Source: Phoronis australis (Eukaryota > Animalia > Phoronida). Taken from it: a DNA stretch of 64,000 bases. The translations under genes and the position numbers were made by a program. Under the pieces are notes generated by a model, which was not told where the DNA came from, did not search any database, and worked only from the letters and a program-made list of their open reading frames with translations. The stretch is taken from contig NMRA01000257.1 of the NCBI GenBank assembly GCA_002633005.1, positions 323,737-387,736 of the forward strand. The letters run 5' to 3'. Below are positions 1 to 11,500 of the stretch, one piece after another. Each line of letters starts with the position of its first letter. The stretch's first letter is position 1.

Positions 1-64
1 TTTTGGGTCCTGGCCCGAGGGGGGGTTTAAACCCCCTGAACCCCCCCCCGTAGATCCGCCACTG
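1..64 (-). mobile_element. Terminus of a CAGTGGCGGATCTA MITE, truncated by the window edge
   Basis: Reverse complement matches the left end of the element at 52771 (CAG.GGCGGATCTAC..GGGGGTTCAGGGGGTTTAAACCCC). Confidence 0.75.
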
Positions 65-210
65 CAAGTAAGCGCCCACGGGCGTTTATTCGGCATAAAA
101 TTTCCGAATAAACGCCCCACTATCTGGACACTTGACACCAGAAGTTGTAACCCCAAATAAACTACCGCGGGCATTTCATCGGGTGGGCTTGTCTACGGAA
201 AATCTCGGTA
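65..210. mobile_element. MITE remnant, possibly Tc1/pogo-like, with a 14-bp perfect hairpin
   Basis: gggcgtttattcgg (80-93) pairs with ccgaataaacgccc (104-117); ends ...cggta. Confidence 0.4.
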
Positions 211-2722
211 AGAACTTTTGAAATTCGTACTGAAAACAGCAGCAGTAGCTCAGCGCAGAATTTAACAGATTTTTGAATAACTAATTTATTTTACGGAAAA
301 GTCTACCAACAGCTGCAGTCAATTTATCAAATTTTTTAGCATATTTATTTATTATGATCATAGCAAGAATTTTGCAATTTGAAAGGGACTGGCGCTCAAC
401 CAATCTCTCTCGAACTGACCACTGTTCATAAGATTATTGCAAACGCTTGCAGTCGAACATTCATTCGCAGCATGTGAATTGTCCGATAGAATCCGGGATA
501 ACGCTGGTTTGCCTCATCCTTGGTTAGCCCGGTATCTATTTTTTGCGAGGCGTACGCCTACCAGGGTCTCTGCTAAGTTTAGTCTATAAAAATATGCTTT
601 GAAAACTATAAAAAATGGGTTTTGATGCATTAGACTTGCGATAGATGTCAGTTATTTTGTCCATTAAGAAAATACAACTCACTGCTACCGGGCATTTCCG
701 CAAACAAACCAAATTACCATCGACGACCACACATGAGGGCCTAAAGACTTGCTTTCGGAGTCCCAAGTAAATATTCTTACGGTTTGTAGGGTTTCCGAAA
801 ATGAACAATGTCTGCTTGTATCGAACAAAAACTAGACTTTATGAACATCAGGACATTTTAGGGTCCGGAATAATTAAGGACACCATTTTTACTATAGGTT
901 CTCTGTTTCTGTAAGCACACCTGGCCTTACATTTGGTCTTCTAGAAAGATAAAAAAACAGGCATACAAAGCCTCTCGATTAACAAATACCAGTACCAGGA
1001 ATTTGAACACCTCAAATATAGGCCGAAGGGCTTATATTCAGTAAATTTTAAGAATATAGGCCAATAGACTAACTCTTGGTGCCACAATTAACAATTGCTG
1101 CGGCTTGTAAGATTTCCCAACGTGAACAGTGTCAACGAGTGTCAAACAAAACTAGGCTTTATGACAAACATCATGACCTAGTTTATTTCAACACTTTTTG
1201 GCGTGTCCAAAAATAAACTTTAAACTGCTTTTCTCAGTATTAACTGCCAATGAAAAAATGAATTAAGACACTTCAACTCATAAAGCTGGTCTCCTTAAAT
1301 TCCTTACCTTGATAGAACTGGATTATCCTTACAAGAACATCGAAACCATCCGATCTAAGAAAACGCTTTAGAGTTTCTTGGGGTTGGCCATTCCTAAAAC
1401 GGCGAATTCGTACGCTTTGCCTGTGACTTGAATTACCAGATACTGATTAAGAATTCAGCACGGACAGCTAAACAACAGCGAAATACACCTTCAACTAACG
1501 ATACTAATGTGATACCAGCAAATTGCATCCCCGCACCCGATGGGGAGGGGGGTTCGGGGGACTCGACCGAGCCTCCTCATTTGGCGAAGTGGACCAAAAG
1601 GTCAGCCTCGGAGAAACAAAAACTCCGAAGAATGTGGAAAACGAGACAAAAGTCAACTACATTGAAGATGGGAACTACCAAAATTCGGCGAAGGCACAAT
1701 TCATAGCTCTGAACGTACCCCGTGAATCTTAGTAAGAGGTCCATATTCTCAAAAATTCGAGCTCAACCATTTTTTAGGTTGGGTGCGGGCATGTAATTGT
1801 ACAATTGTGCATGACACTAAAAGTGTCCAAATTCGGGGATAACTTTGGAACATCATATCTCGGAAATGACTGGTCAGATTCGTATGCAACTTTCAGAAAT
1901 TATGCCTTGTGATGCATTGTTCTCCAAAATGTTATCAGACATTGCTTTTAGATTGAGTAATTTTTGCATGAGGGGTTATTAAAGATAGGACTTTCATAAT
2001 TTTTCGAAGAAAAGTGAAAAGTTGCTTGAAACCTAAACGAAATAATATCCTAGAAAATTTTAACAGCTTTTTTAAATTTCTTCTCGAACATTTACATGGA
2101 CATCAAACGAACTTGGTCGTGTTATAATTTTTCCTGAAAAGACATAGCCACGTTACCCAATCACTGGCAGAGTGGCATAAACTCAAAAATAAAATTCTCC
2201 AGACATTCTGCTTTCAGAATTTATATAAAACATATACTTCTTGGGTTCTATTCTATGCTGAGTTTTGTAGATGTTTGACTGAAGGCATAAATACTTGTCG
2301 ATGAGGTCCTAGATAACTTAATCTACTGCATGAGAATTGCATCCTTTACCCTCGACTTTTTGCAACGATCTAGCCATTTCGTCCATCTTCAATGCTTTAG
2401 AAAAGTTAACACGCAAATCAAGTGCGTTTTACAAATTCGCAATTTTAGGGTTGGTTAACTCCAATAAATGTCTCAAACGCTTTCTTGAGTCCGATGATGG
2501 TTTCTAGTGTTCTTTGTAGTGAAAATAGAATCCTATCACGGTAATATGAATGTAATGAGACCGATTTCTGCGAGCAATTAAAAAGGCTTACTACGATTTT
2601 CGTTTTAAGCCAGCCACTAAAGAAGACGGTACACTAAACTCATATTCAATAGAAAGGCAGAACTATTGTTTCGCCTCTTTTCTGGCCTTTAGTATTAGTG
2701 AATAAGTCGAAGAGCTATAACG

Positions 2723-2812
2723 CATGAGCGGCGCACCATAGGGGGCTGGGGGAGGAGGGNGGGGGGGGGGGGTAGCTATAGCCCCACTCTTTTCAGTGCT
2801 GCGCCGCCCATG
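2723..2812. mobile_element. 90-bp MITE with 5-bp TSD
   Basis: TIR CATG(A/G)GCGGCGCA; TAACG on both flanks (2718-2722, 2813-2817). Confidence 0.8.
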
Positions 2813-2863
2813 TAACGCTAACAAAATTAAATTGTTTTCAAAAACTTAAATTTCAGTGTTATA

Positions 2864-3403
2864 CAGGGTGAATCTCCTGAAAGAGGGCCAAACTTCTGAT
2901 TATAATTTTTTCAATAGAAACGGGAACTTCAAATTTTGCAGACTCTCAGTTTGATGTATTGGGGCCAATCTGTGCTGATGTTGAATAAGTTTTAATGCTT
3001 TTCGGCGGCGCCCCAACGGTTTTTCCCGACACTGGTAGTGCAATTAAAAAAGAAGGGGCGTTATGAAATACTAGTGATGTCTGTAAACTCTACCAGCCAG
3101 TAAAGATGGCCTGCTAGTTGAGCTGATAAGAGAGTCAAATTGAGACAATTATTGTGTGGAAAATCCTCCATCAGCATCTAAGCGCGATGCGCCATTCCAA
3201 AAAATTGAAAACACGTCCTGTTTTATGGAAAGTGTCCGTCGTGCGCGACATTGTCGCATTGCCGCAGACGACAGGCCGTTCTCAGCGTAGTTGCAGTGTT
3301 TTTCGCAGAGTTGTGCAGATTTTATGCAATGTTTCGTGTCCCTTGGTCATGCAGAAAAATATATTAGCAAAAGTTTGAGGACTATTTCGAAATAATCACC
3401 CTG
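2864..3403. mobile_element. Tc1/mariner-type non-autonomous element
   Basis: TA|CAGGGTGA...TCACCCTG|TA. Confidence 0.7.
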
Positions 3404-3649
3404 TATTTGTTAAACAAAGCAAGTTAACTTGTTGATAATTGACCACTGAATATCGCTTTATTTACGTATTGTCCTGTGTGTATTGGGGTTTCTACGCGAC
3501 AAGGTTACATGGCTAGTACAATTTTCTCCCTCCAAAATAGAATTTCACAAAACGTTGATTCGTTGTGCGTTTTGCATTATAAATTCTTTTAATAATAAAT
3601 AGATGTATAAAATATATCCTAAAGGGCAAAGAAACGTCAGTTGTGTACG

Positions 3650-3864
3650 TTACTAGAGTTACAGCGGATAAATAGTTGTTCCACACAGAAGAGGGAGGTT
3701 TTGTCCTTCATGAAACGGCGTAAATCAAGTCAAGTCTCGCGTGTACTGAAGTCGTACGGAAGTTTTTTACGGTTGGTCTTAGTGAAGTTATTATTTTAGA
3801 TGACGATAACCTGTGAGCACCAAAATATGATTTAAAGAAGTTACACGTTCCTCTCAAGGTAAGA
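3650..3864 (+). promoter_or_regulatory. Probable promoter and non-coding first exon of the CCDC60-like gene (donor AAG|gtaaga at 3858/3859)
   Basis: The ATG exon has an acceptor, so an upstream exon is needed; strong donor in a relatively CpG-rich stretch; start position approximate. Confidence 0.45.
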
Positions 3865-4231
3865 CTATTCGAGAGATTGCGAAATTACATTCGAAATTTT
3901 TTTATTAGAACTTCACAAGTCGTTACTGTTGAAAAGTTCTGAAACTGAACCCAGCTGAAATTGAAAGGCGTGAATGTGCTTTCGTCGATAGACTAGTCGC
4001 CAAGTCGGTAACACAAGTCGGTTGCGATGTTTAATCTATGAATAATATCAAACACGACTCCAAAGCTAAGTTTTAAATCATTATTTCGTAGTTCCTTGCC
4101 GACGTAATTCAACCTTACCTGTCTCATAAACACTAGTGACGAAGTCGGACTGAATCCCTAGTTCAAGGAAGGAAATAGGTAGAATATGAGAGTCCTAGGT
4201 ACAATGTCACTTTCCATCATGAAAAGTGAAT

Positions 4232-4543
4232 CAGTGGCGGATTTACGGGGGCCAAGGGGGCCATGCCCCCCCTAAAATTCTACCAGATACAATTTGGCAG
4301 CTCGGGTGCGAATTGCTGACTAGCACATGCGCGCAACCACGGGGGGCTCGGTGGTGAATAAACAATGCATAGGCCCCGAACAAACCCGTTTCCCTTTTTT
4401 TTAGTCGAAAGGTTCGGAAGCCCAAAGATTCGAGAACCCTGCATCCCTACATTAAAGGCTGGGCCCGCACATCTGCCGAAATTCTGAAATTCTGGTTATT
4501 CCTGTGCCCCCCCCCCCAACTCGAAATCCTGGATTCGCCCCTG
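4232..4543 (+). mobile_element. CAG-terminal MITE with 5-bp TSD (hAT5-like)
   Basis: CAGTGGCGGAT...ATTCGCCCCTG; TGAAT on both flanks; related to 50352-50500. Confidence 0.78.
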
Positions 4544-5206
4544 TGAATGTCTCCCATCTGTTTTGCAATCTTTCTGTTGCTGGGAGTGAAACTTGGCCTT
4601 GGTCTTTAGAAGACATCATATGGTCAAAGTGCAGGCGTCTCGACGTTGATCGATCAGTGATGCACTCAGTCTGAGACAAGTAGATAATTTAGTCAGTGCA
4701 CTGGAGATGCTGAATGCTTGAAGTTACTATATCAGTGTATATTTGTATTGGAAATTCTTTAACCTTCCAACTTTGTTAAGTACCATTCGCCCCTGACTCA
4801 AGATACCTAGAAATTGCTTAATGTCCTGATATTAACAGTGAACATTTGCTGTTTGACTTCTCAAACCGCCTGGGGCCAAGTGGACTATTTGTAGTACTAA
4901 TATACCATTTGAAGTTGTAAAATGGCACCCACTGGATAAGCAAAACAGACAAGCGGTAACTTTTGCTTACGAAATGTGGAGTATAAAGTTGTAATCTCCA
5001 ATATGTCTTGTCTTTCAACTCCAAACACTCCCCATGTTTCCACTTAAATATGAGGTTGTGAGTTCATTCCTTTTCATGTTGTTCTGTCTTAAATTCTGCT
5101 CAGAGTATGCTCGATGTTTGATTCCAATCACCAGATTTTCAACAATGTATAATGTCGACACGTCTTGAGATAAAATTTTTCTGTATCATTTTAGAAATCT
5201 CGAAAT

Positions 5207-5521
5207 ATGGTTCGAGAAACCCCAACAAAGCAGCTGGACTGCAGTTTTATTAAGAGGGTTCCTCTGCCCATACCCACCCAGAAAGGATTACCCATACAAG
5301 CGAGAGTTCTCTCAGCCAAGCCAGGTCAAACAGAGACAGTATACAACCCTCGGACGCCGTCTCGAGCCGAAGTAAGACAGGAGAACTATAAAAGGCGGTT
5401 GATGCAATGGACAAGTCAAGGTTTCAGAGCCCTGAACTACAAACCGTACCAAGGAATCGGCGATCCGTTTTACTTAGACCAGAAAAAACTGATTTTACAT
5501 GCCCTTGGCCAGTGGGATGAG
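5207..5521 (+). CDS. CCDC60: CCDC60-like coding exon 1
   Basis: Acceptor ttttag ends 5194, ATG 5207, donor GAG|gtatgt; MVRETPTK...GQWDE; phase 0. Confidence 0.8.
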
Positions 5522-8500
5522 GTATGTTATTAGTATGTTATTAGTATGTTATTAGTATGTTATTAGTATGTTATTAGTATGTTATTAGTATGGTTTGTGT
5601 AATTATAATTAAATGAGAGCCACCTTCAGGTTTTTTATTTCTTTATCTCTAGCCCATATTGGTAACAATTGCTCATACGTAACTTTTTTATCCTACAAAT
5701 GCATTTTAACATAGGAATTGGTTAATGTAAACTGTGCATTGCTAGGCAAATGATATTGTTATACCTCTGAATTTAGAAGTGCCTGTGAGCGATTGATAGT
5801 ATCTGAGCTCTTAATTTGAAAGTGCCTGTTACCAAAACATACATAATCTGAAATCACATCAGTTCCTCTAAGTGATGTTCAAATACAGATCACAAAATAC
5901 AAATGTGTGCAGTCAAGTGCAGAAAACATATATTTTGCGGAAAAAAATGTAATGTTCTCTCACGTGTGTGACTCACGCACCCTGAATTTGAGCACATCAT
6001 CATATGGTGACCAGGGTATTTTATTCAACCTTTCTTGGCTTGGTTGGATTTGTGTGAACACATTGTTAAAAACTGCTTCACAACTGAGTACACCAGTCTT
6101 CTTCTTTTCAGTCAAGACAACATTAATGAATACGTATGTATTTGAAAGGAGATTCCTATTGTACGGACAACTGTATTTTCTGGTTTGACTACAGTGTCCT
6201 ATTATACATGTAGGTAGTTCAATTCAGGCCTGTTAGCTGGCGTGGCATGTTGATCGAAACACTTATAATGTGTACCAGGCTTTTCCAAAAGAGCACTCAT
6301 TATAAAGATTTAAGAAACAGTGTTTGAAATAGCCATCATAAGGACTTCTTTGGAATCATTTTGTATGACTGGCACTTGGCTTGTTCATCATGGAGTTGTC
6401 AACAAAGGTGTTCCTGGACTTTTGGTAGCCAATCTGCGAACCACGTGTATCTGGCCAGCTGCAAAGTCATTGAAAGAACCCCATGGCATATATACTAATG
6501 TCTAATTTCTCAATAAGACATAAGCACTAAGAAAAATCAACTTCAGTCTTCAGGTTATGTTGAACCTTATTAACAAATGTGTGTACAAAGCCTAATAAAA
6601 AACTATAAATTTTAACTAGGTAAAAGTTTAATTTTTCCGACACTAGAAAGCTTGTAGAATTTCGTTTTCGACCTTCTACCATTCTGACACTAATTGGATC
6701 AAGTCTCACCATGTCTTTTTAGTAAAATTTAGTAAGTAAGAAATGTACATTGACAGGAATTAGCAAAAACTCCTGAATCAATAATTTGATCGAATTTCAT
6801 TATTAAAGAGGAAGTCTCAGGATCGCTGTTATAGTTTTGTAAAATCTTGTTTTGTTTTCGTTTTATGCAACTTTTTGTAAAAATCATAAGTGTCCTCACG
6901 CAAATGCAACACTATAAAAACAATTCCTAATGATGTTGGACATTTTTTTCTAATCCTACAGAACCCTGAGCATTGTGATGCTTCACATTGAGAACAAGGG
7001 GATATAATTTGTGTGCTAAGTTATTCTATAGTTTTCATGTTGTAGTACCTCAAGTGTCAGCTTGATTTATCGTGTTTGAATAAGTCAGGACATAAATGTA
7101 CATTATTATTTTATCCTAAGTTCAATGTTATCTTTATAATGCCAAGTCTAGGCACATTTGCCATCAATTTGTCACAGGGTCTTATCTTGGATTTATTGAA
7201 GAATACTTAGCTTACTACATGTCATAAATTGTTATCACCTTAGTCTGATTTGAGCTTAAAATTAAGTTATGACAAATTGTTATTAAAATCCTTCCATGCT
7301 TTGCTCATTGTCTTAAGCAGTTAGATTAGTCAACATATTTGTCATGTTTTATTTTTTTGAACATGTTGCTCTTATCGTCCAATAGACTGCTTAGTTCTCA
7401 AGCTTCCCCTGACTACATGACTGATCACTCTGTTAAACTCTGTTTAGTTCTCAATCTGCCCCTGACTAGGTGTTGTTCTGATTATCCAGTAAATTCTACT
7501 TAGTTCTACATGGTATTGATTGCAGTCTGATGAGCCATGCAGAATTGGCCTCAGCTAATCAATTTCTCAATACACATTACTAATACACATTAGCTTAAGA
7601 GCCAATTTCACTGTTTACCATATAAGANCATACCCTACCAACTAAAAGTGATCAGATAGCTAGTCTGTTAAATTTATGATAATATTCTTGAATTAGTTCA
7701 GTAACTGTTTTGTGATTGAAAAAAATTCCACGATGTCTAGACTTTCTAATAATATAAGTACAAATATTACACGGGGATTGTGTTTCATAATTCATCTTAT
7801 CATGCAGCAACTTTTGTGTGTCAGATTTTCTAGCTTCCTGAAATGCGTACTGTAATGTTGCCAGGTTTTAGATGTATTTGATCAACTGCTCAAAAGGTGT
7901 AACTTGTATTTACTTTATTGTAAAATGCTGGCTTTATCAATGGAAAACTTAGCCAAGGGTTTATTTGCTTAATATCCTACATTCTTTGCACACTATTATT
8001 GGGTAGTAATGTTAACAGGTGTCATTGGACTGGTTCACACAATACAGCGTGAGTCCAGTTGGCAGAAGTTCACAGCAATCGTGACAATTTCACTGAAACT
8101 AAGTCAGAACAGACTGAGGAATCGAAATCCAACCAGTTTCATTACTCCTTCGCTAACATCCATTTCTTTTAGGATTTTATTACTGATTTAATGTATTTTG
8201 TGTTTGACAAAAATCGTAATTAATTGTTCACTTGTATTTATGGGACCAATACTGATGTTCTATTGCATGTGAAGTGACCTGCAATCCGTTGCTTGTTCAT
8301 GGTTTTTGTTTAAACAAAGCTTCGTTGACTTAGTGAACTAAGTTTAGTAGATGTTAACCAGATTAATGTCTGCACTTTACCTGGTATTCTCTTTCACACA
8401 TTACACGGATGCGTGGTCAGTAGAAGTTGTTTCTAGACCAGGCATATGTCCGAGGGTCACCGACTGTTTGAGTTGGACTAGTCATGAGCGCAGTAAATTT

Positions 8501-11500
8501 TGTAATTGCATGACTTATTACAGAGTCAGCGAGACAAAGAAGATAGCCCTGCTCACTCTGAAGAGGAAGACATTGGCTCTGGACAGACGGCAAAACCTAT
8601 CGTAAGTATAACACCCGCTGCTTGATCACGCTTGATGTCAGAATTATTTGAGTGTGTGGGGTGAGTGGTATCGCCCCTGGTCAAGTGCAAGCTGTTTTTA
8701 TAGGATTCGATAGTGTTTTTAATTTGTTTGGTGCACTTGATTAGATTTCATATTGCTGTACTTGCATGTATGTGTTGGTTGAATTAGTAAATGTTTACCT
8801 CAGTGCAAGTCCTTGACTGAGTATGTATAGGCCTTTAGAATTGAACTTGTTTATCAACAAAATGGTCCAAAGTGTGTTGAATGTACTGAATGACTGGACT
8901 GAATTGATGTGGTAATAATCATTCTCTGTTCATGCGGAAGTGCTGTGTGTTCTATTGAAATTTGTGTACAAATAAGACATTCATTTGGTTGTCTGTGTCC
9001 ATGCAAAGGTATGAATTAAGGAGTTTTGTTTTGAAGTTGACAAGTGAATAGATCTAAGGTTCCAGTTCGTTTGTTTTCACTAAAAATACTAGTAAAGACA
9101 TTTGTTCAAAATACTTTCAGTTGACACAGTATTTTGTACTTGCAGACTCCTGCCAAGTTTGTGCTAAGACGAACCAATAAAGAGATTAACACACTACCCA
9201 AGGAACTGAGTAGGGGCAGGTATGTTTATTCCACTGTCTTGTCCCCTGTAGCTTATTATAAAACAGCCAATTTCATGATTTACTAGCCTGATCATTTCCT
9301 TGGCACATCTATTCATCATGTGACTTGAATGTTGTAGAAACATGGTGAGGAACATACGACTTGGCCATAACCTGTTTGAGAAACTGCAAAAGGACCATGA
9401 AGAAAAGGTAGGACATGTTTGTGCTAAATTTCTCTATACATTGATAAAGGATTATACAGAATTTGTTAAATGCACGACACTTTTCATTGTTCACAATCTT
9501 TATTCTGTTGCGTTCATACTTTCGGAACAAAACTCTACTCTCAACTGAACATAGATACAGTAACTGACCTAGCGACATAATTAAAAGACACACAATATTT
9601 CGAAACGTACTTGTTTCATTCTCAAGTGAAGATAAAATGACGCAGTAATGCCACCACAGAGTATAAGCTGACGACACACACACAGTAAGACACAGCGGGT
9701 GTGAAATACTGCAAAGAATGACTAAAGAATTGGGGTAACAGGAAGGTCACGCAAACAAGTGTAACGTGCGGCGCGACCCTGTTTGCTGCTCATTCAAAAT
9801 AGGCTTCTCAAAAGCAATTAAAAGGGACTCTAATACTTTCAAACGCAGCACATCTTGCTCCACGTGTTTTCCACAATTTCTTGACGGGTGATTTTACGTG
9901 CGTGGTATTGCAGAAAATGATATTGAATGGTGCCATTTTGAAGATGCATGGATAACCGACGGGAAAGACTGCAAACCGTTTGACCAATGTAACATTGTTT
10001 GATGTTTGAATGAAGACATTCGAATGTCTTCGTTCATAGGACATACAAACTCATAAACAACACTGCACTGTGCAACGGGGCGGACTTTTGCTTTAGAAAT
10101 GTTGATAAAGGGTTGCTGACATTTCCTTGTCTTCAAACAGCTGTTGCTTGATGTTGGTGCACTGCTTGGAAATGTGTTTGATTTGAATCCTTCCTATCTT
10201 TTATGCCCAATCTGAAATACAAGATGTGTACTCTGTCTTTTAGCTGACACGCGAGACTCGTGAACAGCAGGCGAAACTAGAACGTCGACGAACACAGTGG
10301 CAACCTCCCAGCTACGACAGCTCATCAGAGGATGAAGAGTACCTAGATGAAGACCTTCGAGAAGAGGTCGACCTCAGAATGTAAGAATACACTTGTAGTC
10401 AGTGCTGAATGTGTACACTTAGTCAGTGCTGAGTGTGTACACTTAGTCAGTGCTGAGTGTGTACACTTAGTCAGTGCTGAGTGTGTATACTTAGACAGTA
10501 CTGAGTGTGTACACTTAGTTAGTGCTGAATGTGTACACTTAGTCAGTGCTGAGCGTGTACACTTAATCAGTGCTGAGCGTGTACACTTAGTCAGTGCTGA
10601 AGGTGCACACTTAGTCAGTGCTGAATGTGTACACTTAGTCAGTGCTGAGTGTGTACACTTAGTCAGTGCTGAGTGTGTACACTTAGTCAGTGCTGAGTGT
10701 GTACACTTAGTCAGTGCTGAGTGTGTACACTTAGTCAGTGCTGAATGTGTACACTTCGTTGACAGATTCCTGGCACCTCAACATCCATTCAGAAAATTGT
10801 TAAATGGAGCCATTCTATGCACAGTCTATTTGCTGTAAAAATAAGATAGATAATTTTCTCCAGTGTGCATGGTACCCAGCCATTCACTCCTTATTGAGTG
10901 TGCACTTAACTAAAACACTGCCATAACATTGTTCACTGAGTTGCTGTACTCCTGTAGTCAAGTTTATGTTAAGCGCGTATTCAAATTTTGGCTATAAATT
11001 TTCATTTGATCTGCTAAAAGTTACTGAAAATATTCTACACTAGCTTTGCCTTCAGGACTGCTAATCCCCTGGACTGTTTATAAGCCTGTGTGTTGTGTTT
11101 ATTCATCCTTTCATGTGCATATGCCTGCATTTTAAGGCCAGCCATACTCAAGCCACAGGTGTGAGTACTTTGTTCACGGTGACTGCTCTTTGTATACACT
11201 AACTCCATTGTCTTGATTGTGTTGCCTCACGCAGGGTGGTGAGGGGGGGATGTGGTTCACAGTTGCCTGCACAAAAGTCTGATAACAGTGTTGGGTTCGC
11301 GCTTTGTTCATTTAAAAAGATCTGGTTCAATGAACATGAGATCAAGTGTAGTTGACATTGTTCATTCATGTCAGTGAACAAGTGTATGGTCTCACTTGAG
11401 CGACCATGATTTACTGCCAGGTTGAATTCCATTAGATCCTTGAAAGGCTTAAATAGGCATTTAAATACATAGCTGTATTTTAAGCAAAGAAAAAGCGTGA

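Noticed and set aside
3495-4030. RFX X-box-like motifs near the CCDC60 promoter (GTTACTAGAGTTAC, GTCGCC-N5-GGTAAC)
   Set aside because: Imperfect half-sites or wrong spacing; not distinguishable from chance by eye
10347-10838. 163-aa VSAECVHL-repeat ORF / CRISPR-like regularity
   Set aside because: Intronic minisatellite with contiguous units and no unique spacers; eukaryotic context, no cas genes; the real exon ends at 10380 in another frame
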